A stretch of 32,000 bases of DNA from Cupriavidus necator (GTDB taxonomy: Bacteria; Pseudomonadota; Gammaproteobacteria; Burkholderiales; Burkholderiaceae), in NCBI RefSeq assembly GCF_016127575.1, contig NZ_CP066018.1, positions 3,600,001 through 3,632,000 on the forward strand, in the 5' to 3' direction. Under the pieces are notes generated by a model. It was not told the DNA's origin. It saw only the letters and a program-made list of their open reading frames with translations, and did no database searches. Position 1 is the first letter of the stretch. Every line of letters starts with the position of its first letter. The translations under genes were made by a program, and so were the position numbers. This document shows positions 8,045 to 16,541 of this stretch, one piece after another.

Positions 8045-8777
8045 TCACCCCAGCACGGCGCGCGCGATCACGGTGCGCTGGATCTCGGACGAGCCCTCGT
8101 AGATGCGCAGCATGCGGGCATCGCGCACCAGCCGCTCGGCCACGTCCAGGCGGCTGTTGTCGAGCACCTTCATTGCCGTGCGGAAGCCGCTGCCTTCCGG
8201 TCCCAGCCGGTTGGCGGCCAGCACGAAGGCGCTGATGCCCGCGTGCCGGCGGCCGGATCCGTCTTGGCGTAGACCACGATGAAGTCCGCCGCGTCCGCGT
8301 TGGAGATGAAGTGCTTGACGCCGCGCAGGCGATAACCGTCGCCCTCCGGCGTGGCGCGCGTGGCCATGTCGGCGGGGTTGGAGCCGGCGCGCGGCTCGGT
8401 CAGCGCGAAGGCGCCCAGCTTCGTGCCCGACGCCGTTTCCGGCAGGTAGTGCTCGCGCAGCCCGTCGTCGCCGCCGATCAGGATGGAATCGGTGGCCAGG
8501 TAGTGCGCGCCGATCATCGACGAGGTCGAGGCGCAGGCCCTGGCGACCTCGGCCAGCGACAGGATCAGGCGACCGGCGAGGTTTCGGTCCCGCCCCAACG
8601 CTCAGGCAGGTTCATGCCCATCAGGCCGAGTTCGGCGAGCTGGGGAACGTAGCGGGTGGTGGAGGTTTCGTCGCGATCCACTTCGGCCGCCTTCGGCGCC
8701 AGTTCGCTCTGTGCGAAACGGCTGATCGCGTCCGCGATTTCCAGATCGCCCGGCTCGACACCCAAGCGCCTATGCAT
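8045..8777 (-). pseudogene. Acyl-CoA dehydrogenase remnant with frameshifts and large internal deletions
   Basis: The N-terminus is MHRRLGVEPGDLEIADAISRFAQSELAPKAAEVDRDE...PERWGG. After a shift near 8575 comes LSLAEVARACASTSSMIGAH...GAFALTEPRAGSNPADM...FIVVYAKTDPAAG. After a shift near 8215 comes GISAFVL...GSGFRTAMKVLDNSRLDVA, joined directly to ERLVRDARMLRIYEGSSEIQRTVIARAVLG*. About 240 codons remain where this family normally has about 380. Confidence 0.8.
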
Positions 8778-9190
8778 GTTGCTTCTCCGTGTTGAAAATA
8801 TGCGTTTGCAATGTTTCGGCGGCCATCGCCGCGGCACCCAGCGCGCCGCTGGCCCACAATTGCCCGGCCTGCGCAGAGGCGATACCCAGTTCGCCCAGGA
8901 TGGCCTCGGTGTGCTGCCTCAACGCCGGCGCAGGCGTCACGCGGTTGGCGCCATAGCCTGAGAACTTCACCGGCTGCGATGGCAGCCGCACGGTGCCACC
9001 GTCCGGCTCGCGCACTTCGGTCAGCAGGCCGCGATGGGCGGCATGCTCGCTTTCTAGTGCCTCCTTCACATTGCGGATGGGCGCAACCGGAATGCCCGCC
9101 GCGCCCAGCAGCCCGTTCACCTCGGCCTGCAGGCCTGGCGGCGCCGTACCCTGCAGGGGCGCCCGGATTGCGTTGCGGTGACACGATTCT
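8770..9190 (-). pseudogene. C-terminal third of a family III (CaiB/BaiF) CoA-transferase; the N-terminal part is deleted
   Basis: ...LLGAAGIPVAPIRNVKEALESEHAAHRGLLTEV...LPSQPVKFSGY...PAPALRQHTEAILGELG matches the CaiB-family C-terminus. An in-frame stop lies just upstream of about 9190 and the LysR gene starts at 9208, so there is no room for the catalytic N-domain. Confidence 0.65.
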
Positions 9191-9207
9191 GTGCGGCATA
9201 TTTCTTA

Positions 9208-10153
9208 ATGCGCACCTCGCTGCGGCTGTTGCGCTACTTCGTCGCGACCGCGGAATCGTTCAGCACCACGGCGGCGGTGCGGCAGTTGAACGTCTCCCAG
9301 CCCTCCATCTCCGTCGCCATCCGCGAACTGGAGACGCTGTTCGAGGAAGCGCTGTTTCCGCGCGACGCGGGCGCGAAGATGACCCTGACCCACTTCGGCG
9401 TGCGCAAGCTCGCCGAAGCGCGCCACATCCTCGGCGCGGCCATGGCGTTCGAAGTCGACAAGAGCGGCGATGCCACCGCCGGCGAGGTCCGGATCGGCGT
9501 CTTCCGCACGCTGGCGCCGACCTACCTGCCGCTGGTGCTGCGCATCGCGCGCGAGCGCTATCCCTGGCTTTTCGGTGCGCTTCGTCGAGGGCGACCTGGC
9601 CCAGCTTGAAGACTGGCTGCACGGCGGGCAGATCAAGCTGGCGCTAACCTACGACGTCGGCCTGCCCAATGAAATCGACCGCGAGGTCATGGCGGAACTC
9701 AGGCCCTACGGGCTGGTGCCTGCCGGTTCACGACTGGCGCGGCACAAGGGTGGGATATCGTTGCACGAACTGGCGCGGGAGCCGCTGATCCTGATCGATC
9801 TGCCGCACAGCCGTGAATTCCTGATGGCGCCGTTCTGGCAATTTGGACTGCAGCCAGAGGTGCGCTACCGCGTGACGTCGCTGGAGCTGGCGCGGAGCAT
9901 GGTGGCGAATGGGCTGGGAGTGGCGCTGCTGATTACGCAGGCGCCAGCGTCAGGCCAGGGCGCAAGCGTGGCGGAGCGGCCGATTCTGGAGGAGACGGTG
10001 CGGCAGCCGCTGGTGATCGCGCGGGCGAGTGCCACGACCCGGACGCGGGCTTCGGAGTCGCTGGCGGAATGCGTGCGGGACGCGGTCGGTGAGGCGATGG
10101 CGGCGCGGGCAAGGCCCGTTCAACGCAAGCGTGCGGATGGCGGGGAACGGTGA
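9208..10153 (+). pseudogene. LysR-family transcriptional regulator with a single-base frameshift near 9565
   Basis: The HTH part (MRTSLRLLRYFVATAESFSTTAAVRQLNVSQPSISVAIRELE) lies in the 9178 frame and the substrate-binding part (GFSVRFVEGDLAQLEDWL...) in the 9470 frame. Deleting the t in ccc-t-ggc at 9565 restores ...RYPGFSVRFVEG. Confidence 0.8.
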
Positions 10154-10215
10154 TGGCCCGAGGGTCGGAAGCCGCTAGCCGGTACAGCTGGCTGAAGTCG
10201 TTTGGCGACGAAGCC

Positions 10216-11080
10216 TAAGAGACCATTTCGCTAAAGACCCCAGGGGGCTGTTAGCCTTGGCCATCTGAACAACCGGAACCGAGGGGATGAGCGCGCCGAT
10301 CATTGACGACAAGCTGTGGGCACTGATCGAGCCTTTGCTGCCGCCGTCGAAACCGCGACGCGAGAAATATCCAGGCGGCGCCCGGTTTCGAATCGGGCGG
10401 CGCTGAATGGCATCCTGTTCGTGTTCAAGACCGGAATACGCTGGTGCGACCTGTCGACCAAGTTGGGATTTGGCTCTGGTTCGACCTGCTGGCGGCGCTT
10501 GCGCGACTGGCAGAAGGCCGGCGTGTGGGACCGACTGCACAAGCTGGGCTCGCGAAGTTACACGAGACCGGCCAACTCGATTTCTCACGAGCAGCCGTCG
10601 ATTCATCGTTGGTGCGAGCCGTTGGGGCGGGCGAAAAACTGGCCCGAACCCCACGGATCGCTCGCGACCCGGTTCCAAGCATCACATCCTCGTCGATGCG
10701 AATGGCGTCCCCATCAGTGCAATCCTGACCGGCGCGAACCGCAACGACGTCAGCCAATTGCTGCCGCTCGTCATGCCATTCCGCCGATTCGCGGCGTACG
10801 CCGACCGCGGCTACGACTCCGAACCGCATCGTCAGCGGCTGCGTGAGCGCGGCGTCAAACCAGTAATCGCCAAGCGCCGCACAGAACATGGCAGTGGACT
10901 GGGCAAATTCCGCTGGGTTGTCGAACGTACTCCTGCGTGACTTCACAACTTCCGTCGTCTTCGCATTCGCTTCGAACGTCGAGCTGACATTCATGAGGAC
11001 CCTCCTCAAACTCGGCTGCTCTCTCGTCTGCTGGAACATCTTCAGGCGCGCTGAGCCGTCTTTTTGAAACGGTCTCTTAA
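10216..11080 (+). mobile_element. IS5-family (IS427/IS1031-like, about 0.86 kb) insertion sequence with recognisable inverted repeats but a dead transposase
   Basis: The left IR is TAAGAGACCATTTCGCTAAAGAC (10216-10238). The rc of the right IR is TTAAGAGACCGTTTCAAAAAGAC (11058-11080). The internal frames encode IS5/IS427-type transposase peptides. Confidence 0.8.
10287..11067 (+). pseudogene. IS5-family transposase, multiply disrupted
   Basis: The reconstructed order is as follows. MSAPIIDDKLWALIEPLLPP... is followed by a shift at about 10375. RRPVSNRAALNGILFVFKTGIRWCDL...WDRLHKL is followed by a shift at about 10548. LAKLHETGQLDFSRAAVDSSLVRAVG is followed by a shift at about 10640. GGRKTGPNPTDRSRPGSKHHILVDANG...LLPLV follows, then a shift or deletion at about 10780. 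ADRGYDS...GLGKFRWVVERT follows, then an in-frame TGA where W is expected. LHNFRRLRIRFERRADIHE follows, then a shift, then LLKLGCSLVCWNIF. Confidence 0.8.
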
Positions 11081-11215
11081 TGTTCGCGCCGGACATACCG
11101 GCCCCGGTAAGGAACACAACGGCGGCAACCACTGTTGGTCCGCCATGGCAACAATCGCCTGGCACGAGGGCGTCCTGACACTATCCGCCAGTGCCTTCGG
11201 CCCGTATCGAGGGTG

Positions 11216-11247
11216 GGGTCCGGGCCGCCCGCCGGCCGCCCGGACCC
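11216..11247 (-). terminator. GC-rich hairpin (10-bp perfect stem GGGTCCGGGC/GCCCGGACCC) 17 nt downstream of ohr
   Basis: The arms at 11216-11225 and 11238-11247 are exact complements. No U-tract is present, which is common in high-GC genomes. Confidence 0.45.
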
Positions 11248-11263
11248 GGATCAGGTGCCTGGG

Positions 11264-11680
11264 TCAGACCAGGTTGATCTCGACGTCGAGGTTGCCGCGC
11301 GTGACCTTGGAGTAAGGGCAGTTCAGATGCGCGGTGTCCACCAGCGCCCGGGCGGTCTCCGTGTCCACGCCCGGCAGGCTCACGTTGAGCCGGGCGCGCA
11401 GGAAGTAGGCGCCCTCACTGTTGGCCAGGTCGACTTCGGCGTCGACCGCCAGATCCGGCGGCAGTGCGATCTTGCTGGCGCGGGCCGCGAAGCCGATCGC
11501 ACTGATGAAGCAGGCGGACCAACCTGCGGCGAACAGCTGCTCGGGGTTGGTGCCGCTGCCGCTGCTGCCAGGTGACGACAGTCTTACGTCCAGTCGGCCG
11601 TCATCGCTGCGGGCGGCGCCGTCGCGTCCGCCGGTGGTGTGCGTCTTGCCGGTATAGAGGGTTTGTCCGGATTGGGTCAT
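11264..11680 (-). CDS. ohr: Organic hydroperoxide resistance protein Ohr (OsmC/Ohr family)
   Basis: 138 aa: LYTGKTHTTGGRDGAARSDDGRLDVRLS, NPEQLFAAGWSACF (first catalytic Cys), AHLNCPYSK (second Cys). Confidence 0.9.
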   Translation of the reverse strand: MTQSGQTLYTGKTHTTGGRDGAARSDDGRLDVRLSSPGSSGSGTNPEQLFAAGWSACFISAIGFAARASKIALPPDLAVDAEVDLANSEGAYFLRARLNVSLPGVDTETARALVDTAHLNCPYSKVTRGNLDVEINLV

Positions 11681-11989
11681 GGTTGGCTCCAGAAGACTGA
11701 TGGAAGTTGCATCCCGCGCGCCCCTGCGGCGGGATCCATGGATTTAAGGCGACTCATGTATCCGGGCTGTGGCGTGCAGAGTGCGGATTTGCATATGTAC
11801 GTATCCCGCAGGCTTGCCGATACAAAGGGATACAAAAGGCTGCCAGGCAGTGGATTTGTTCCTGGCAGTACCAATTGTTGTTCTTGCCGATGCCTTTATC
11901 CGGGGCCAACGGTCGAATAGAGTTAGTCGCGTGGGCACCGGCCATTGCCTGCGGCGCGGGCTGCCGGGGCCGGCGCCATCGGTGCCCTT

Positions 11990-12425
11990 TCCATTCCCTT
12001 CTTCGCCAATTTGCCTCCGTGCCTGATTGGCATGGAAGCTTGCGGCGGAGCCCACCACTGGGCGCGCAAGCTGCAGGCATTTAGTCACACCGTCAAGCTG
12101 ATGGCGCCACAGTTCGTCAAGCCCTACGTCAAGACCAATAAGAACGACGCGGCCGATGCCGAGGCGATCTGCGAAGCGGTCGCGCGGCCCAACATGCGCT
12201 TCGTGCCTCTTAAGAACGTCGAGCAGCAGGCCGTGCTGGCGCTGCATCGGGTGCGCCAGGGCTTCGTCGGTGCACGCACCGCCCAGGCCAACCACATCCG
12301 CGGCCTGCTGGCCGAGTTCGGTCTCGTCGTGCCGCAGGGCCTGACCCACGTTCTCGGCCGTGTGCGCGAACTCATCGAAGACGCCACCAATGAGCTGCCA
12401 GGTAGCTTCCGGTTGTTGATTCAGG
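11990..12425 (+). pseudogene. IS110-family transposase fragment (part of the N-terminal DEDD domain only)
   Basis: FFANLPPCLIGMEACGGAHHWARKLQAFSHTVKLMAPQFVKPYVKTNKNDAADAEAICEAVARPNMRFVPLKNVEQQAVLALHRVRQGFV... is a near-canonical IS110 N-domain. It lacks the first 40 or so residues and everything after ...NELPGSFRLLI. Confidence 0.75.
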
Positions 12426-12505
12426 CTGCCGCCGTGGCGATTGCGCCGCGCGCCGTCTGCCCGTTGATTATCCAATGATCATTAAACGCCACCCCCGAAA
12501 TGAAG

Positions 12506-12526
12506 GCGTTGCGCGCCGCGCAACGC
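12506..12526. repeat. Perfect palindrome GCGTTGCGC-GCC-GCGCAACGC between the IS110 scrap and the MFS remnant
   Basis: The arms at 12506-12514 and 12518-12526 are exact reverse complements. A second weaker hairpin, AACGCC..GGCGTT, overlaps it on the 5' side (12485-12510). The function is unknown. Confidence 0.5.
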
Positions 12527-12604
12527 TGACTTGCTTGCTGCCGTGATTCAAATTGCCCCCGGCGGCCCCTAATCTTTGGACACCGCAACCTGACACCCAA
12601 AGCC

Positions 12605-13104
12605 ATGGAAACCACAGCCTCCCCCACCCAGCATGGCCCCGCCCATGCGACCGCGCCGATGTCCGGCGCGCTGGTCGCCCTGTTTGCGCTGTGCGCCGGC
12701 GTGCTGGTCGCCAATCTCTACTACGCTCAGCCGATCATCGAGCTGATTGCCCCGGCGGTCGGCCTGTCCGCCCAGAGCGCCAGCGTGATCGTGTCGCTGA
12801 CACAGATCGGCTATGCCGTCGGGCTGTTCTCTTCGGCTGGCGCGCCGTCTTCTACATCGCCGCCGCGATGACGCTGGCCACGGTGGCGATCATCGTCACG
12901 ACACTGCCGCGCCGCGAGCCGCAACATCGTGCTACGCGTTCAGGCGTCCGCGGCTGGCGGCATTGAGCGCGTGCCGGCGGCGCGGTGGGCTCCGCACTGG
13001 CCAGCACGCTCTACACGCATCTCGGCTGGTCCGGCATCGTCGCCGCCGGCAGTGGTCTTGGCCTGGTCTCGCTGGCGGCGCTGGAACTGGCTTCGCGCCG
13101 CTGA
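12605..13104 (+). pseudogene. MFS transporter remnant: three colinear pieces in three frames
   Basis: The first piece is TM1-2, LVALFALCAGVLVANLYYAQPIIELIAPAVGLSAQSASVIVSLTQIGYAVGLF. After a shift near 12830 comes GWRAVFYIAAAMTLATVAIIVTTLPRREP. After a shift near 12960 comes the C-terminal helix GAVGSALASTLYTHLGWSGIVAAGSGLGLVSLAALELASRR*. About 165 codons survive of the roughly 400 typical for this family. Confidence 0.7.
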
Positions 13105-13144
13105 GACCGTGTCTCTTCGAAATCCGTCAACAGGAGTCGCTGTC

Positions 13145-14257
13145 ATGACATCCCATCTGTTCGCTCCCATCACCATCGGGGCCCTGCAACTGAACCACCG
13201 CGTGGCCATGGCGCCCCTGACGCGCTCGCGCGCCGGCCAGCCGGGCAACGTGCCCAGCGCCATGAATGTGGAGTACTACCGGCAACGTGCGTCGGCAGCG
13301 CTGATCATTACCGAGGCCTCGCAGGTTTCCCAACAGGGGCAAGGCTATGCCTGGACGCCCGGCATCCATAGCGCCGAGCAGATCGAGGGCTGGCGCGCAG
13401 TGGCGGAGGCCGTGCATGCCGAAGGCGGCCGGATCTTCCTGCAGCTCTGGCATGTCGGCCGCGTTTCGCACCCGTCGTTCCAGCCCGGCGGCGCCCTGCC
13501 CGTGGCGCCGAGCGCGCTGCCCGTGCCGGGCAAGACCTTCATCGTCGACGCGGACGGCAACGGCGTGTGGAGCGAGATCCCGACACCGCAGGCATTGAGT
13601 GCGGCAGCGATTGCGGCCATCGTGCAGGACTACCGGCGGGCCGCGCGCAATGCGATCGACGCGGGCGTGGATGGCGTCGAGATCCATGCGGGCAACGGCT
13701 ACCTGCTGGACCAGTTCATCAATTCGGAAAGCAACCACCGCACCGACGCCTATGGCGGCAGCATCGAGAACCGCGCCCGCTTCCTGCTGGTGGTGGTGGA
13801 CGCCGCGGCCGAGGAAATCGGGGCGGAGCGCGTGGGCGTACGCCTCACACCGATGGGACGCTTCATGGGCATGGGCGATGACACGCCGGAGGCCACCTTT
13901 GGCTACATCGCGCAACGCCTCAATGACTGGCCGCTGGCGTACTTGCACCTGGTCGAGCCGGCCATGGTCGGGACCGTCAAGGACGAGGCCGCTGATCCGC
14001 GCTGGGACGGCATGATTCTCGCGATGCGGGCGGCATACCGCGGCGTCCTGATGCTGGCAGGCGGGTACGATGGCAAGTCCGCGGAGCAGGCGATCGCCGA
14101 CGGCCGCGCCGACATCATCGCGTTCGGCCGACCGTTCATCGCCAATCCTGACCTGCCCCGTCGCCTCAGGGTCCAGGCATCGCTGAACGCGCCGGATGCC
14201 GCCACGTTCTTCGGTGGCACGGCTGTCGGCTACACCGACTATCCGGCGCTGGCCTGA
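13145..14257 (+). CDS. NADH:flavin oxidoreductase, Old Yellow Enzyme family (alkene/N-ethylmaleimide reductase-like)
   Basis: The start is at ATG 13145 (MTSHLFAPITIGALQLNHRVAMAPLTRSRA) with AGGAG at 13132-13136. The OYE motifs are HAGNGYLLDQFINSESNHRTDAYGGSIENRARF and FGRPFIANPDLPRR. The upstream part of track ORF 12929.. is MFS-remnant read-through. Confidence 0.9.
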   Translation: MTSHLFAPITIGALQLNHRVAMAPLTRSRAGQPGNVPSAMNVEYYRQRASAALIITEASQVSQQGQGYAWTPGIHSAEQIEGWRAVAEAVHAEGGRIFLQLWHVGRVSHPSFQPGGALPVAPSALPVPGKTFIVDADGNGVWSEIPTPQALSAAAIAAIVQDYRRAARNAIDAGVDGVEIHAGNGYLLDQFINSESNHRTDAYGGSIENRARFLLVVVDAAAEEIGAERVGVRLTPMGRFMGMGDDTPEATFGYIAQRLNDWPLAYLHLVEPAMVGTVKDEAADPRWDGMILAMRAAYRGVLMLAGGYDGKSAEQAIADGRADIIAFGRPFIANPDLPRRLRVQASLNAPDAATFFGGTAVGYTDYPALA

Positions 14258-14334
14258 GCCAGACCGCGGCAACGCCAGGCCTTACCGGGTCCGGCTTTGC
14301 TGCTGCCAGCCATGCGGCGCCCGGCAATGACATC

Positions 14335-15288
14335 TCAGGCGGCATCGCGCCCGGCAGGACCACCGGCGCGCGTCATCGCCACCTGCCAGCGGGGCGGGGA
14401 GCCGATGCTCTGGAGCAGGTGCGCGGAAAATGCCTTGAGCTTGGCCGGCGGACGCGGCGCGGCCCGCACCAGATGGATGCCGCCTTGCGCCTGCGGTAAC
14501 ACGCCCTCCAGCAGCAGTTCCACCAGGCGGCCCGCACCGATATCCTCGCCGACCGACCAGTCCGGCATCAGCGCAATCCCGAGCCCCTGCAACACCGACA
14601 GCCGGCGCGCATCGCAATCATCACACTCCATGGCGAACGCGGCACTCGCGGCATGAGCCGGCCTGAGTACTTCTCGCCACCCACGCATGCTGGTACTGTG
14701 GGCGCGGTCGATCAGACGGTGATGGGCGAGCTCTTCGGCATGCAAGGGACGGCCGTGCGCCTGGAGATAGGCCGGCGTTGCACAGACGATATAGCGCTGG
14801 CTGGCGATGCGCCGGGCAATCAGGCTGCTGTCGGCCTGCTGTCCGACGCGGATGACCACGTCGAAGCGCTCCAGCACCGGATCCACGACGCGGTCGGTCA
14901 GCTCCAGCTCCACGGTCAGCCCCGGATACTGCGCATACAGGCTGCCAAGATGCGGCACCACATGGCGTCGCGCGAAGGCCGGCAGGCAGGCAACCCGCAG
15001 CCTGCCACTGACGCCCTGTTCCAGCGCCGTCACGGCGTCGCGCGTTTCGTTCAGTTCCTGCAGGATGCGCGTGGCGCGCTCGAACAGCAGGTCTCCGGCC
15101 TCGGTGCGCACCAGCGCGCGCGTGGAGCGCGTGAACAGCGCAACGCCCATTTCGCGCTCGAGGGCATCGATCTGGCGCGCTACCGACGACGCCACCTGTC
15201 CCTTGCGCCTGGCGACCGCCGAAAAGCTGCCGGCGCGCGCCACGTCGACGAAGGTGGCCAGGTTCTCGGCAAAACGGACAAATTCCAT
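14335..15288 (-). CDS. LysR-family transcriptional regulator, divergent from the Bug/maleylacetate reductase genes
   Basis: Track ORF 14335..15324, with the start placed at ATG 15288 (MEFVRFAENLATFVDVARAGSFSAVARRKGQVASSVARQIDALERE). A full LysR substrate-binding domain follows. Confidence 0.85.
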   Translation of the reverse strand: MEFVRFAENLATFVDVARAGSFSAVARRKGQVASSVARQIDALEREMGVALFTRSTRALVRTEAGDLLFERATRILQELNETRDAVTALEQGVSGRLRVACLPAFARRHVVPHLGSLYAQYPGLTVELELTDRVVDPVLERFDVVIRVGQQADSSLIARRIASQRYIVCATPAYLQAHGRPLHAEELAHHRLIDRAHSTSMRGWREVLRPAHAASAAFAMECDDCDARRLSVLQGLGIALMPDWSVGEDIGAGRLVELLLEGVLPQAQGGIHLVRAAPRPPAKLKAFSAHLLQSIGSPPRWQVAMTRAGGPAGRDAA

Positions 15289-15386
15289 TTGTGCATTTCC
15301 CGCAAAGGCGTTGCGCGGAAGCAAAGGCTTCCCGTTGCAACAACCAGCGCATAGTATCGGGACGATGCGCTGCGGTGCAAGGCTTT

Positions 15387-15401
15387 TTGCAGGAAATGCA
15401 A
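15387..15401. promoter_or_regulatory. Candidate LysR box TTGCA-N5-TGCAA (contains T-N11-A) in the divergent intergenic region
   Basis: ttgcaggaaatgcaa read directly, with perfect 5-bp arms. It lies between LysR start 15288 and Bug start 15467. Confidence 0.35.
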
Positions 15402-15466
15402 AGCAGAAGCATCATGTCATTTGCTAAACCGACAAGCCGACACGAACGATCATAAAGGTACCGACC

Positions 15467-16489
15467 ATGGAGATAAGTTCCAAGATGACTACTGCCCTGG
15501 CCCCCCTTTTCCATGCGGCGCGGGCGCGCGCGCAAACATCCGCCGCGCTGGTGCTGACGCTTGCCTGCACGCTGGCGCCGGGCTTCGCGCGGGCGGAAGC
15601 ATGGCCCGCCAAGCCGGTCACGATCGTCGTCCCCTATGCCGCGGGCGGCACCGTCGACAAGGTCGCGCGGCAGGTCCAGGAGGGCCTGCGCAAGCAGCTG
15701 GCGCAGACGGTGGTGATCGACAACCGCGCAGGCGCGGGCGGCACCATCGGCACGGGGCAGATCGCGCGCAGCGCGCCGGACGGCTACACCGTCGGCATGG
15801 TGTTCGACAGCTTTGCCACCGAGCCGCATTTCTACCCGAAGCTGCCCTATGCCTCGCACCGCGACCTGACAGGCGTTTCCTATATGGTGCGCTCGCCGAT
15901 GGTGCTGGTCGTACCCGCCGCCTCGCCCTACAAGACCGTGCAGGACTACGTGACGGCGGCACGCGTGCCGAACAAGGTGTCCTACGCATCGGTGGGCAAC
16001 GGCAGCTCGAACCAGCTCGTGGCCGAAGCCTTCCACGAGGCCGCCGGCACCAGCGGCATCCATACCCCCTACAAGGGCGGCGGCCCGGCCATCAATGACC
16101 TGCTCGGCGGCCACGTCGACTCGATGATCGCGAGCCTGCCGCTGGTGCTGCCCTATGTGCAGTCGGGCAAGCTGCGCGCGCTGGCCGTGACCTCGCGCCA
16201 GCGTGACGCGAGGCTGCCGGCTGTCCCCGCGGTAGCCGAGTCCTACAAGGGCTTCGAGGCCTATTCGTGGGTCGGGATGATCGCGCCGGCCAAGACCCCG
16301 CCGGAAGTGCTGGGGAAACTGACCACCGCCATGACGTCGACGCTGCGCAATCCGGCGATCGCGAAACTGCTGACCGACGGCGGCTTCGACGTGGTGGCCG
16401 GCGACGCACAACAGACCAACAAGCTGATCCAGGACGAATCGGCACGCTGGGGCCGGCTAATCAAGGCGCGCAACATCGCGGTCGACTGA
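15467..16489 (+). CDS. Bug-family (TctC-like) tripartite tricarboxylate transporter periplasmic substrate-binding protein
   Basis: 340 aa with a signal peptide, then WPAKPVTIVVPYAAGGTVDKVAR, DNRAGAGG, PYKGGGPAINDLLGGHVD and WVGMIAPAKTP, all typical Bug motifs. Confidence 0.9.
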   Translation: MEISSKMTTALAPLFHAARARAQTSAALVLTLACTLAPGFARAEAWPAKPVTIVVPYAAGGTVDKVARQVQEGLRKQLAQTVVIDNRAGAGGTIGTGQIARSAPDGYTVGMVFDSFATEPHFYPKLPYASHRDLTGVSYMVRSPMVLVVPAASPYKTVQDYVTAARVPNKVSYASVGNGSSNQLVAEAFHEAAGTSGIHTPYKGGGPAINDLLGGHVDSMIASLPLVLPYVQSGKLRALAVTSRQRDARLPAVPAVAESYKGFEAYSWVGMIAPAKTPPEVLGKLTTAMTSTLRNPAIAKLLTDGGFDVVAGDAQQTNKLIQDESARWGRLIKARNIAVD

Positions 16490-16541
16490 GCGCGCGCTGC
16501 TGGCCTAAACCCTTTATCAACTTCCTGACAGGCATTTCGCG

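Noticed and set aside
8033-8047. Palindrome TGAGCGC-G-GCGCTCA containing the two convergent stop codons of the epoxide hydrolase and the ACAD remnant
   Set aside because: It is real in the sequence, but the loop would be only 1-3 nt. It is most simply a coincidence of two TGA-GCGC ends and has no evident function.
10630-10645. Programmed ribosomal frameshift in the IS5-family transposase
   Set aside because: The shift at gttggggcggg looks like a one-base loss in a G-run, not a slippery A6G-type site. At least four further lesions and a nonsense codon cannot be programmed.
11860-11885. OhrR-type operator (the CAATTG core in gtaccaattgttg) upstream of ohr
   Set aside because: Only a 6-bp palindrome is present, about 190 bp from the ohr start, and it lacks the extended AT-rich inverted repeat expected for OhrR boxes.
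14621-16411. 596-aa ORF on the minus strand
   Set aside because: It is antisense to the LysR and Bug genes, has an Arg/Gly/Ala-rich low-complexity translation and contains no recognisable motifs. This is the typical shadow ORF of high-GC DNA.
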